64,000 bases of DNA from Chloroflexota bacterium (GTDB lineage Bacteria; Chloroflexota; Dehalococcoidia; Lucifugimonadales; QGNO01). Both the position numbers and the translations under genes were made by a program. The stretch is from NCBI GenBank assembly GCA_003228195.2, contig QGNO01000001.1, positions 85,550 through 149,549 of the forward strand. Direction: 5' to 3'. Below, piece after piece: positions 38,371-48,641 of the stretch (position 1 is the first letter of the stretch; every line of letters starts with the position of its first letter). A model generated the notes under the pieces. It was not told the DNA's origin and did no database searches. It saw only the letters and a list, made by a program, of their open reading frames with translations.

Positions 38371-40335
38371 CTATTGAGGAATGTGTTTTTCATACCAGTC
38401 TAATACTCTGTTTAGGTACTCTTCGCGCATTTTAAGGTGTCCGGAGTTTCGAAACCCGTGCGCTCCGCCTGGGAATCTTACAAACTCAACCTTTTTACCT
38501 AGCCTCTTAAGGGCTACAAAATATTGTTCGCTTTGACCGATTGGGCAGCGCAGATCAGACTCTCCGTGTAGTAATAGCACTGGAGTTTCTACGTTTGGTG
38601 CGTAGGTTATAGGTGATCGCTTTATCAGCTCATCAAATACGACGTCACGGCGCCCACCCCACTGCTTCTCCCCGAAACTTATTCCTATGTCTGAAGTCCC
38701 TGACATACTGGAGAGATCTATACAAGGAGCACCTACTATCGCGGCCTTAAATCTGTCAGTATGGCCAACTATCCAACTTGTCATGTACCCTCCGTAACTG
38801 TACCCATGCACCCCCATGCGTGACTGATCGACGTATGGCTTTTCGATCATTTCGTCGACGGCTTGCATAAGGTCTAGGTAGTCTTCACCACCCCAATCAT
38901 TTAGCACGGCCATAGTAAAGTCACTTCCGTAAGTTGATGAGCCTCTCGGATTCACAGCCAGCACGATGTATCCTGCGTTTGCTAAAATCTGATGCAGTGG
39001 ATTGAAGGCATCTGTAAATACACCGTTAGGCCCACCATGTATTTCTAGAATCATTGGGTACTTTTTTGACTCGTCAAAATCTGGAGGTAGCATTATTCTG
39101 GACTGTATTCGGAACCCCGCTCTTTCGAGCTCGAACTTATTCAATTTGCCCAGTGAATGCTCTGACAGGTAGTCGCCGTTGTAATCGACTATCTTTTTGG
39201 CTTCTCCACTCGGAATTCTTACCACTTCAATATTACTCGGTGCGTCAGGGGATACTGAAACCACAGCGGCGAGTGAAGCGTCTGAATTCATTGACATTGC
39301 GGTCAACTGTGCATTGCCGCCATAGAGTTTGTTCACTGCTCCGCCTGATTCTGATATTGAGCAAATAAAGGTTTCTCCTTGCGAATCTGCAAGAAAATAA
39401 ATGGTACCGGAAGCTGTCCAATGGATTTTTGTGAATGGCCCCTGGGGTGGAAAGCCAGCTACAGGCTTTATAGAGTCGTCCGTAATCTTTTTGAGATCCT
39501 TTCTTGGATTCACAATGTATATCCAGCCTTGATAGCTTGCACTACCATTCTCAATGTCCGAACCTACCACTATCAGACCATTGCCATTTGGCGACCATGC
39601 TATTGTGGCTATTGTGTGTAGACCACTTGACGTCATTTCTGGATCTCCGCCGGTAGGCGAAACTACGTAGGCTTGGGAGTAATCAAACAAATCTCTATCA
39701 TCGGACCTCTCTGAAATGAAAGCTATCTTAGATGCATCTGGTGACCAAGCGGGAGCGTAATTTTCAAAGTCGCCAGAGGTAATTTGATTGCAATCGGTTG
39801 TCATGACATCTGTTACAAACAATTGCCTGTGTCCGTCACCACGCCACCCTAATACGTCATGTCTATATTTTATTCTGGTGACAACTTTCACTAGTGGATT
39901 TTTCTTTGGATCGTGATCAGATGGCAATCCATCGGGATCAACATTGGAAACTAGTACTACACGATAGTCTATGGGAGACCATGCGAAGTCACTTACTCCA
40001 CCAACCAGCTTGGTCACTTGTGACGCTTCCCCACCTCTAGTTGGAATTATCCATACTTGATTTTTCCCATCGGAGTCTGCTCGCAAGAAGCCTAAATATC
40101 GATCGTCATGGGAGAATAATGGATGAGAGTCCTTCCGGCCATGAGTGAATTGCACTATCGATCCGTCCGCTAGGCTTGCCAGTTCGATTTGAGATTTGTC
40201 TTCTAATTCTTGTTCGTCGACCCAAGATTTAGTGAAAGTCAAATACTTACCATCTTTTGACATGTCCGGTGCTGAGACGTTAATGAGTCGATAGACTATG
40301 TCTGGATTTATAGGACTACTCATTTCGTCCTCCAT
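38371..40335 (-). CDS. S9-family serine peptidase (prolyl oligopeptidase / acylaminoacyl peptidase-like) with an N-terminal beta-propeller
   Basis: Nucleophile elbow GYSYGGYM and LLLHGESDLRCP. The N-terminal region has WD40-like/TolB-like repeats. 654 aa. Confidence 0.9.
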   Translation of the reverse strand: MEDEMSSPINPDIVYRLINVSAPDMSKDGKYLTFTKSWVDEQELEDKSQIELASLADGSIVQFTHGRKDSHPLFSHDDRYLGFLRADSDGKNQVWIIPTRGGEASQVTKLVGGVSDFAWSPIDYRVVLVSNVDPDGLPSDHDPKKNPLVKVVTRIKYRHDVLGWRGDGHRQLFVTDVMTTDCNQITSGDFENYAPAWSPDASKIAFISERSDDRDLFDYSQAYVVSPTGGDPEMTSSGLHTIATIAWSPNGNGLIVVGSDIENGSASYQGWIYIVNPRKDLKKITDDSIKPVAGFPPQGPFTKIHWTASGTIYFLADSQGETFICSISESGGAVNKLYGGNAQLTAMSMNSDASLAAVVSVSPDAPSNIEVVRIPSGEAKKIVDYNGDYLSEHSLGKLNKFELERAGFRIQSRIMLPPDFDESKKYPMILEIHGGPNGVFTDAFNPLHQILANAGYIVLAVNPRGSSTYGSDFTMAVLNDWGGEDYLDLMQAVDEMIEKPYVDQSRMGVHGYSYGGYMTSWIVGHTDRFKAAIVGAPCIDLSSMSGTSDIGISFGEKQWGGRRDVVFDELIKRSPITYAPNVETPVLLLHGESDLRCPIGQSEQYFVALKRLGKKVEFVRFPGGAHGFRNSGHLKMREEYLNRVLDWYEKHIPQ

Positions 40336-40423
40336 TGCTTAGCAAGTTGGTTAGTGAAAAATAGCGAGGCTTCGTGGAGCGTCGGTAGATAATAAAAAAC
40401 GGCAAATGTTGCGTATTAATTTA

Positions 40424-41191
40424 TTAGAACATCCAATGTCCGCCATCTACACAGAGTGTTTGACCTATCACATAACTCGCATCATCCGATACCAGAAACG
40501 CGATGGCTCCAGCGATCTCTTCAGATTCCCCAAAGCGACCTGCCGGTATAGTTAGGAGAGCATCTCTTTGCTGATCCGCAGGTAGTTTTTTCCAAGCTGC
40601 GTTGGGCAGGGTGGCGATTGCACCTGGGGCGATAGCATTGACGTTGACACCATGAGGGGCAAGGTCAACAGCTAGTTGGCGGGTCAGGCCTAACAATCCG
40701 GCCTTTGCTGCAGCATAAGGTATTACCCTGCTACGACTGTTGCTTCGGCCTGCTCCTGATGAAATGTTGACTATACGACCCCATCCTTTTTTCTTCATAT
40801 CTTGTGCAAATGTCTTTGCGGTAAGAAAGGATGCTCTCATATTCAAGCTAACTACGGCATCCCAATCCTCCTCTGTTAAATCATCTAAGCCGGGAGGAGC
40901 TCCAAGGCTTGCACCCGCAACGTTTACTAATATATCCACAGTTCCGAGAGCCTCGACTGTTTGTTTTGCTGCTTGCTGTACTTGGTTCATTCCAGTGACG
41001 TCTACCTGTATGGCAATAGCCTTTTGTCCTGCCGCTTTTATCTCTTCGGCAGTTTCTATAGCTTTGTCGCCTACTATGTCCCAACAGGCGACAGACGCTC
41101 CGCGGTTTGCCAATTCCTTAGCGGTTACTTTTCCCATACCCATTGCTGAACCTGTAACTACTGCTACGTGACCATCCAAATTAGTTCCCAT
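40424..41191 (-). CDS. Short-chain dehydrogenase/reductase (SDR)
   Basis: TGSAMGMG cofactor motif, NVAG, and catalytic YAAAK. Confidence 0.92.
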   Translation of the reverse strand: MGTNLDGHVAVVTGSAMGMGKVTAKELANRGASVACWDIVGDKAIETAEEIKAAGQKAIAIQVDVTGMNQVQQAAKQTVEALGTVDILVNVAGASLGAPPGLDDLTEEDWDAVVSLNMRASFLTAKTFAQDMKKKGWGRIVNISSGAGRSNSRSRVIPYAAAKAGLLGLTRQLAVDLAPHGVNVNAIAPGAIATLPNAAWKKLPADQQRDALLTIPAGRFGESEEIAGAIAFLVSDDASYVIGQTLCVDGGHWMF

Positions 41192-41207
41192 TTTGCCCTC
41201 CTAAGGC

Positions 41208-42554
41208 TTATCCATTTAGGAGCGATGTAAATTCGTTGACGTCGCTCAAAGTTTCTAGGCAATCAATTGTTTTTACTACGCTGTCAGCTGTTTGTTGATC
41301 CAAGTTGTCTCGTGTTATGAACATAAATTTATCGATAAGTTGTTGGTGAGTTACTGGATTGGCTGCGTCACCTCTTATAGAGGTCGTGGTTTCCCTGATA
41401 ACTCTCCCATCTTTCAGAACTATCTTTACTTCTGCGCAGGATTGATCATCACGGCTCATGGTCATTTTAGTATCCAAAGTTACGTTTACCTTATTTGATA
41501 GTTCAACAATATCTTTGTCAATTCTAGGTGAATCGTAGAAGGCCGTTATATCGGTAGTATGTAGGACAAGTGCTGATGCTACAGCGTAGGGTATATTAAA
41601 CTTTGCGCTCAACATGTTTGGTGGGTAGGGCCCTATCATGCCCTCAGGTATACCTCCTATAGTTACCACCTCGACTTCCTCTACTTCATCAGGCTTGAAA
41701 CTTTCCCTTTGGTTTATATCCATAATGGCATCAAGAGTGGGGTGATTATATCTACAACAAGCGTGAAACTTGAAGTAGTTTTGTTGTATACGGTAGATGT
41801 CACCCAATCCTAATACAGCTTTATCTGGCTCAAAGGTATCACCAAGGATAGATCCAAAAATGTCAGATGGGGCGTCATGTATACCGGTGAACCCTGCCTC
41901 ATACATGTGAACTGCCAATATGCCCTGGAATCCAGATCTGCCTGAATAGGCATTTCTGATCGTCGCGCCTTCAAAGCATGGTGTCCAGCTGTTAGCAGGG
42001 CTCATTGATGTCGATATATTTATTATGTTTCTCATTTCATTCGCTGAGTAGCCTGATAGCTTTGCTACTGCAACTGCCGCGCCAGGCGTGCCCCAATGAC
42101 CGTGGGAGTGAACGTTCTTGCGAGGTCTGCTTGCAGTTCCCAGGCGAGACGAGACTTCATATCCTACGATGAGGCTTTCAATAAGTTTTTTCCCGCTCGA
42201 GTGCAGCTCTTCTCCTACAGCCAACGCTGCTGGCAACACATGGATGGATGGATGGCCTCCTCCATATCGATTGCCTTCGTCCATTTCTAAACCTACACCC
42301 GCAGTGCCGTTTGCGAGTGTTGCCCACATTGGCTCAGCTTTCAAGCCCGCTCCTAGGATCGTTGCGGTTTGTGGTGAAGATCTTGCAGCAGCAAGCTTGG
42401 CTAGGGACATGTTTTCGGGGAGACCATACCCGGCCACTATGGCACCAACGGTGTCGAGTACTACCTCTCGGGCGGCGTTTACAGCATCCACACTGAGATC
42501 TTCGTAGCTAGTAGTGGCTGCGAAGTCGGAGAGGGTCTCCAGATAATCTGTCAT
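41208..42554 (-). CDS. MmgE/PrpD-family protein (2-methylcitrate dehydratase superfamily)
   Basis: The overall MmgE/PrpD pattern (N-terminal helical domain ...VLDTVGAIVAG..., GHWG, C-terminal domain). The ATG at 42554 is preferred because GGAGG at 42561-42565 sits 6 nt upstream. The track start at 42584 overlaps the preceding gene. Confidence 0.86.
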   Translation of the reverse strand: MTDYLETLSDFAATTSYEDLSVDAVNAAREVVLDTVGAIVAGYGLPENMSLAKLAAARSSPQTATILGAGLKAEPMWATLANGTAGVGLEMDEGNRYGGGHPSIHVLPAALAVGEELHSSGKKLIESLIVGYEVSSRLGTASRPRKNVHSHGHWGTPGAAVAVAKLSGYSANEMRNIINISTSMSPANSWTPCFEGATIRNAYSGRSGFQGILAVHMYEAGFTGIHDAPSDIFGSILGDTFEPDKAVLGLGDIYRIQQNYFKFHACCRYNHPTLDAIMDINQRESFKPDEVEEVEVVTIGGIPEGMIGPYPPNMLSAKFNIPYAVASALVLHTTDITAFYDSPRIDKDIVELSNKVNVTLDTKMTMSRDDQSCAEVKIVLKDGRVIRETTTSIRGDAANPVTHQQLIDKFMFITRDNLDQQTADSVVKTIDCLETLSDVNEFTSLLNG

Positions 42555-42564
42555 CCTAAGCCTC

Positions 42565-43995
42565 CTAGTTAACCCTACCACCAACGGGTGGTAATGGGGG
42601 ACCGGCGCTTATGAATTCCCCGAACCCTGAATTCTGTTCAAGCTTACCTTGATTCAGTACTACTTTGCCTCGCAATAGAGTCATCCACGGGCTTCCTATT
42701 TGAGTCCAACCTTCGTATGGAGTGTAGCCAGAGTTACCTATGTGCTCATCTGCTGTTATTGTTTTGGTTACGTTAGGGTCATATATAAGTAAATCAGCAT
42801 CTGATCCTGGTCTGATAACCCCTTTTCTTGGGTAGATGCCGAAAATACGGGCTGGGTTTTCAGATAGCACTCTTGCCATCCACGTTAATGGTAATCCTCG
42901 CTTACCAATGCCTTCACTGTAGACAAGGGGTACTAATGTCTCAATAGATGGAGCGCCAAAAGGAATAGGCGTGCCGTCATCTGCGACATAGATGTTTTCA
43001 CGTCCCTTTTCCTTCAACTCTTTAGAGCCAGGGGAGTGGTCGCTGCCTACGGCTGATATGTATCCTTCGGCAGCGCCACTCCACAGGGCTTTTTGATTAA
43101 TGTGGTCTGATGGGCGTAACGGTGGCCCTATTTTTACTAAGGGACCAAGCGTCTCCATAGCTGATTCATCCAGCAAGAGATACTGAGGGCAGGTTTCTGT
43201 CCATACCTTTTGTCCTTCACTCTGTGCACGTTTGATCCGCTCGAGCCCGGCTTGTGTACTTAAATGAACAACATAGATAGGGCAGTTGGTCATCTTGCCC
43301 AGATTTATAGCCCTGTTAATTGCCTCTTCTTCAACCCAAATGGGACAACTTGCGGGAAAATCCGTGGGTTTGGTAAGCCCAGCGGCGATCCTTTTGTCCT
43401 CTAGATAGTCGATCACGTCTCCATTTTCACAGTGCAGCTGCATTATTCCGTTATGTTCGGCTATTATTTCCATTGCCTTAGCTATAAACGAGTCACTGCA
43501 CATCCGAGTTAAAGATTTCTTATATGTCATGAACAACTTGTAAGAAGTGACCCCCATGCTAAGAGCTTCAGGTAGACTTTCCAATATGTACTCTGGGTTA
43601 TCCAATATGAAATGGAAGGAATAGTCCAATACGGCTTCTTTATTTAGGCGATCCCTTAGCCGGTTGATTGCTTGGGGCAGCGTCTCTTTGGCGTTTACAT
43701 CATATCCACCAAAGGGGAGAACAGTCGTAAGTCCAGCTAAAGCAGCCGCCTTAATGCCCAGTTCATAAGGGTCGACATTGTCAAAGTGGCTATGTGCATC
43801 TATGGCGCCTGGGAAGACTTGTTTGCCTGTAGCGTCTATATAGTTGTGCGCTTCTGGTAAAGTGTCGTCTGGTCCGACCCCGACAATTTTCTCACCCTTG
43901 ATAGCCACTCCGCCCTCAAAGGTGTGAGTTGGGGTGACGACAGTACCACCATGAACAACCGTATCTACTTTAGAAACTACCATCATTTCCTCCAT
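42565..43995 (-). CDS. Cyclic amidohydrolase (D-hydantoinase / dihydropyrimidinase family)
   Basis: Metal-binding AIDAHSHF. The carboxylated-Lys context VTSYKLFMTYK is characteristic of hydantoinases and dihydropyrimidinases. VHLS and GSDH are also present. Confidence 0.87.
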   Translation of the reverse strand: MEEMMVVSKVDTVVHGGTVVTPTHTFEGGVAIKGEKIVGVGPDDTLPEAHNYIDATGKQVFPGAIDAHSHFDNVDPYELGIKAAALAGLTTVLPFGGYDVNAKETLPQAINRLRDRLNKEAVLDYSFHFILDNPEYILESLPEALSMGVTSYKLFMTYKKSLTRMCSDSFIAKAMEIIAEHNGIMQLHCENGDVIDYLEDKRIAAGLTKPTDFPASCPIWVEEEAINRAINLGKMTNCPIYVVHLSTQAGLERIKRAQSEGQKVWTETCPQYLLLDESAMETLGPLVKIGPPLRPSDHINQKALWSGAAEGYISAVGSDHSPGSKELKEKGRENIYVADDGTPIPFGAPSIETLVPLVYSEGIGKRGLPLTWMARVLSENPARIFGIYPRKGVIRPGSDADLLIYDPNVTKTITADEHIGNSGYTPYEGWTQIGSPWMTLLRGKVVLNQGKLEQNSGFGEFISAGPPLPPVGGRVN

Positions 43996-44152
43996 ACTGA
44001 CTCGAGTTAGTTTTCAGTCCATTACAGCGCATAGTTAAACTGAAGACTAAATCAGATGGTATCAGATTTTTGCCGGCTTCGTTAAATGTGTCGGGATTTA
44101 GCCTGATTATTGGAGATTACTATAAGTTAATAGTTGTTGGGGCAAGGCGCAT

Positions 44153-45166
44153 TTACTTACTTCCCGCTATGGTTTTTGGAAGATGAGATTCTCCATCAAA
44201 CTTTTTCCAAAGATGGCATGCAACTTCATGGTTATTCCTTATTTCAATTAATGAAGGGTTATTTGAATCACAGCCTTCGAAGGCATTTGGGCATCTTGGG
44301 TGGAATCTGCAACCCGAAGGAGGATTCACCGCACTTGGAGGCTCACCGTGAATAGTGGCTCTTTTTCGAAATCGATTTGACGGATCTGGTTGTGGCACCG
44401 CTTCAACCAGAGCTCTTGTATAAGGGTGTAGGGGGTTTGAAATAACTTTTTTAGTCGGACCTGTTTCTACAATGTGCCCTGCATACATGACTGCGATTCG
44501 ATCCGAAAAATGATAAGCAGTCGCGATGTCGTGGGTTATGTATATAAAAGCCGTATTATGTTTTTCCTGAAGTTCTCTCATAAGGTATAGAATTTCTGTT
44601 CTACTTGATGCGTCTACCATAGAAACTGGTTCATCGGCAATAATAAGGTCAGGTCCTAACACCAATGCTCTGGCGATTGCGACTCTTTGCCTTTGGCCCC
44701 CAGACAACATGTGAGGGAACTTAGGGTAGAAATCATTGCTAGGGCTTAATCTAACCTCTTCAAGTGCGTTTTCGGCGGACAATCGTCGAGTTGTCGCATC
44801 TTTTATTTGGTGAATTATCAGGGGCTCTTCGACAATTTGGCCGATAGTCATGTAGGAATCTAGACTCGAGTATGGGTCCTGAAAAATTGCTTGAGTTTTC
44901 CTTCTGAAATCAATTAAGTTCTTCTCGCTGGCGCCAGACAATTCCGCGCCATCGAATAGGATGGAACCCGAACTAGATTTGATTAGAAGTAAGCACGCCC
45001 GGGCAAGAGTTGTTTTGCCGCTTCCTGATTCTCCAACAATCGCTAGGGATTCCCCTCTACTTAAAGCAATTGATACGTTTTCTAATGCTTGAACACGGAC
45101 AGAACCAAGAAGTCCCTGTCTCGCTTTAAACTCGACCGACAGATTGAACGTTTCCAGTATATTCAT
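44153..45166 (-). CDS. ABC transporter ATP-binding protein (Opp/Dpp F-type)
   Basis: Walker A GESGSGKTT, signature LSGGQRQR, and an oligopeptide-type C-terminal domain (HPYTRAL, GCRFHPRCP). Confidence 0.93.
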   Translation of the reverse strand: MNILETFNLSVEFKARQGLLGSVRVQALENVSIALSRGESLAIVGESGSGKTTLARACLLLIKSSSGSILFDGAELSGASEKNLIDFRRKTQAIFQDPYSSLDSYMTIGQIVEEPLIIHQIKDATTRRLSAENALEEVRLSPSNDFYPKFPHMLSGGQRQRVAIARALVLGPDLIIADEPVSMVDASSRTEILYLMRELQEKHNTAFIYITHDIATAYHFSDRIAVMYAGHIVETGPTKKVISNPLHPYTRALVEAVPQPDPSNRFRKRATIHGEPPSAVNPPSGCRFHPRCPNAFEGCDSNNPSLIEIRNNHEVACHLWKKFDGESHLPKTIAGSK

Positions 45167-46152
45167 TGTTTAGTCTCAAATAACCAACATTTTACCTGCC
45201 CGTGTTTTGGTATGTTAATTAGCGAAGGTTCATCGCTAGTACATTTCTCAAACACGTATGGACACCTAGGGTGAAATCTGCAGCCTTTAGGTGGGTGTAG
45301 AAAGCTTGGAGGATCACCAGGTATGAACTGTGGTTCTATATTTTCCTTGATCAGTGGCATGCTGGCTAGGAGCATTTGCGTGTAGGGATGCTGCGGGCTA
45401 TTTAGGATTGAGGTTGTAGGGCCTGTTTCTACAATGCGCCCTGCATACATAACCGCTAGCTGGTCACAAATATCGCTCGCTAAAGCTATGTCGTGTGTAA
45501 CGAAAATAATCGAAAGATTTAAATGTTTCTTGAGATCCTTTAACTGATCCATAATTTGTGCTTGGATAGTTACATCCAATGCCGAAGTAGGCTCGTCCAG
45601 AATGAGCAGCCTAGGCCGTAGCACAAGCGACATGGCGATAAGTACACGTTGTTTCAGGCCACCGCTTAACTCGTGGGGATAGCGATTGAAAGTTTCGGCA
45701 GGGAGACTCACAAGTTCGAAGAGGCGTAAAACTTCAGCCTTCGCCATATTTTTTGGTGTGCCTTGATGAACAATAAGTGGCTCTGTAACCTGATCACCTA
45801 TTTTGATTACTGGGTTTAGAGATTCTAGTGCAGCTTGGAAAACCATTGATATTTTTTGCCAACGAACAGTGCGGCGGAAAGTATTCTCAGGAGTTTTTAA
45901 GATATCTAAACTTTCTAGTTCCATTGCGGTAGCTTCCATTGTCGCGTTATTTGGTAGTACGCGCATTAGTGCAAGTGCCATACTGCTCTTGCCAGCACCA
46001 GATTCACCTACTATTCCCAGGCTTTCGCCTGGCGCAACTGATAAAGATACTGCATCCACTGCGGTTAATACTCCATCAGGAGTTTTGTAGTTAACTTTCA
46101 GGTCACGTACTTCTAATAACGGTTCAGATATATGTATTGCCACTTTGCTCAC
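45163..46152 (-). CDS. ABC transporter ATP-binding protein (Opp/Dpp D-type)
   Basis: Walker A GESGAGKSS, signature LSGGLKQR, HPYTQML, GCRFHPRCP. Confidence 0.93.
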   Translation of the reverse strand: MSKVAIHISEPLLEVRDLKVNYKTPDGVLTAVDAVSLSVAPGESLGIVGESGAGKSSMALALMRVLPNNATMEATAMELESLDILKTPENTFRRTVRWQKISMVFQAALESLNPVIKIGDQVTEPLIVHQGTPKNMAKAEVLRLFELVSLPAETFNRYPHELSGGLKQRVLIAMSLVLRPRLLILDEPTSALDVTIQAQIMDQLKDLKKHLNLSIIFVTHDIALASDICDQLAVMYAGRIVETGPTTSILNSPQHPYTQMLLASMPLIKENIEPQFIPGDPPSFLHPPKGCRFHPRCPYVFEKCTSDEPSLINIPKHGQVKCWLFETKQ

Positions 46153-47573
46153 TACTTTTCCACTCTCAATTTAGGGTTTATTGCGGGCTCTAATGCGAGT
46201 GCTATTAGAACGAATGCCATTGCTGTTATAACTATGAGTACACCCGGAGGCATTATCCACCACCAATACCCGAGATAAACTGCGCCTGTTCTAAATCCGC
46301 TTTCAAGTATTTGTCCCCAAGTGGGAATAGACGGATCCCCTAAACCTAAGAAACTCAATCCTGCTTCCGCCAGGATTGCTGCGGGGGTGAAAAATATCAT
46401 TTGAGCCAATACGAAAGGTGCTATCTGAAACAGGATGTGTCTAAACATGATTCGTGAATTGGAAGCGCCGAGAGCTTTTGTTGATTCCACCAATTGCCCT
46501 GTCCTAATCTGCAGAACCATACTCCTGACTACAATTGTCAGTCCTGGCCAACCAAAAAGTATCATTATTATTACGACAATCCATAGTTTTTGCCCGAGGA
46601 TAAATATTAGAAATATTAGTATCGGTAGCAGTGGCACATTGCTCCATATGTCTGAGAACCTTTGAATTATAATGTCAGTTTTGTTCCCTTTGAATCCACT
46701 TATTATGCCTAAGGTTGACCCGATAACTGTTGCGAAAACCGACGTTGTCAATCCGATTATCAAGGCAATTGGGAATCCGAATAGTAAGCCGAGCGCAAGA
46801 TCGCGACCAGCAGAGTCTGTTCCCATAAACCCGAACGAATTGCCTCCCAAGACTAGTTTTAAACTTCCAACAGAATCACTGGGATGATTCATATAGGAAA
46901 GTATTTGGAAATCGTACTGTCCGTTAAGCGGAACGAACTCTAGGTTTCCTTGGTGGCTTGGTTGACCAAAAACGACTTGTTCAACCAAGCCAGACAGGGC
47001 TTCAGGATTAGTTTTAACGTCGAATTCCGCCTCCAAGAAACTGACCAGTGAAATTAGTGTCTCGGTTTCACTTGTAAGAAACACACGAAGTGGTGTCTCC
47101 TCAAATCGTTTGTAAGGGCTACTCTCACCTGGTCTGGCCCCCCTTAATACTTGTTGGTAGAGAACGATTTCTCTTCCATCTGGGCGAACTACATTTAGTT
47201 CTAGCAAAGGAGGGCGGTTATGAAATGTGACATCCGTGAATGAGAGTGTTGTGAAGGTGGGTGACTTGCCACTGTTGTATTCATAATGGAATGAGTAATT
47301 TTGCACGAGGTTAGCTTGGGTTTCTTGGGGGCTGACTTCGAACACTTTGTGCGCAATTGAATTATTGCCCATGAATAATCCCACCCAAAATGGAGGTACT
47401 GATTTAGGATTATCGGCCCATGCTGCAGGATTATTCCATCTCTTGGAGCCAAAATCCATAGGGAAAAGAAATACTACAGTGACAGATATAATGACTATAC
47501 CAAGCAGCAGCGCAACACCAGCTTTTCCTGATCCGCTCCTTAGCATTATAGTTAAGATATCTTTTGTATCCAT
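46152..47573 (-). CDS. ABC permease (OppC/DppC-type) with a ~220-aa extracytoplasmic insertion after TM1
   Basis: The typical GTDSAGRDL motif appears only at about residue 250. The C-terminal half has the standard six-TM BPD-type permease profile. Confidence 0.9.
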   Translation of the reverse strand: MDTKDILTIMLRSGSGKAGVALLLGIVIISVTVVFLFPMDFGSKRWNNPAAWADNPKSVPPFWVGLFMGNNSIAHKVFEVSPQETQANLVQNYSFHYEYNSGKSPTFTTLSFTDVTFHNRPPLLELNVVRPDGREIVLYQQVLRGARPGESSPYKRFEETPLRVFLTSETETLISLVSFLEAEFDVKTNPEALSGLVEQVVFGQPSHQGNLEFVPLNGQYDFQILSYMNHPSDSVGSLKLVLGGNSFGFMGTDSAGRDLALGLLFGFPIALIIGLTTSVFATVIGSTLGIISGFKGNKTDIIIQRFSDIWSNVPLLPILIFLIFILGQKLWIVVIIMILFGWPGLTIVVRSMVLQIRTGQLVESTKALGASNSRIMFRHILFQIAPFVLAQMIFFTPAAILAEAGLSFLGLGDPSIPTWGQILESGFRTGAVYLGYWWWIMPPGVLIVITAMAFVLIALALEPAINPKLRVEK

Positions 47574-47575
47574 AG

Positions 47576-48625
47576 CTAGCTATACCTGATTCGTGGGTCG
47601 AGAATTAAATAAAGTACTTCCAAAACGAAACGTGCAGTCACATATAGCAATGCGAATATGAATGTGAGAGCTACAATAACGGCTTCGTCAGCAGCCAAAA
47701 TGGCGTCGTAGTAGAGGCGCCCCATTCCGGGCCAGTTAAAAACGGTTTCAGTAAGTATCGCACCGCCCAACGATGCAGCCAGTCCCAGTACTAGATTAGT
47801 AACGATGGGTGGAGCAGCTACTCTCAGAATATATTTGAGAGTCACCGTTCTTTCGGGTAGCCCTTTCGCTCGAGCCACGGTAACGAAGAATTCCTGTGAT
47901 GTATTAAGTACCATAGTCCGTACCGTATAGATCCAAGCTCCGAGTGAAACTAAGACCAAAGTTATGATTGGGAGGATTGCATGGTAAATTAGGTCTATTA
48001 ATCGTAGAAGGCCTTGTTCAGGTGGAGGGGTACTGTGTATACCTCCCGCTGGTAGAATCCTTAGCTGAAATGCGAAAATGAGGATAAATAAAATACCTGT
48101 CCACCACGCTGGAAGGGCGTATGAAATTGCAGACATATACGAGACAATGCGGTCAAACTTGCTCCCTACTTTTGTAGCAAGTTTGACGCCGATGGCTAGA
48201 CCTGCCACAGCCGTAATAATTGAGGCGGAAGTAATAAGTACCATGGTATATGGTAGTCGCTCGAGTACTATGGTTGTAACCTTCGGGCTTCCGTCAAAAC
48301 TTCTCAAAGTACGCGCTTCGCCAAGGTCTAGAACCATGAGTCGCCATAACATATCAGGCAGTCTTTGATGCCACTTTTTGTCTAGTCCATAGAGCTTCTC
48401 TCGTTCCTCACGTTGAGTATTAAGTACCTGCTCTAATTCGTCTGGGTTACGAATGGTTTGAGCGAGGCCTTCTCGGATGCCACGCATTTCCTCATTCACT
48501 ATGGCGCCCAATATGCGATCAGAGAATCCGGTCGCGCCCAAAGTGACCACTAGCATCAATAGCACTACTATTAAAACTCCGAAGAGGGAAAGGGCTCTCC
48601 CGACTAGTGTGACGCCTAGGGACAT
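47576..48625 (-). CDS. ABC permease (OppB/DppB-type)
   Basis: 349 aa, with the EAA-loop region ARAKGLPERTV. Confidence 0.9.
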   Translation of the reverse strand: MSLGVTLVGRALSLFGVLIVVLLMLVVTLGATGFSDRILGAIVNEEMRGIREGLAQTIRNPDELEQVLNTQREEREKLYGLDKKWHQRLPDMLWRLMVLDLGEARTLRSFDGSPKVTTIVLERLPYTMVLITSASIITAVAGLAIGVKLATKVGSKFDRIVSYMSAISYALPAWWTGILFILIFAFQLRILPAGGIHSTPPPEQGLLRLIDLIYHAILPIITLVLVSLGAWIYTVRTMVLNTSQEFFVTVARAKGLPERTVTLKYILRVAAPPIVTNLVLGLAASLGGAILTETVFNWPGMGRLYYDAILAADEAVIVALTFIFALLYVTARFVLEVLYLILDPRIRYS

Positions 48626-48641
48626 AATGCCTTAGGTTTAG

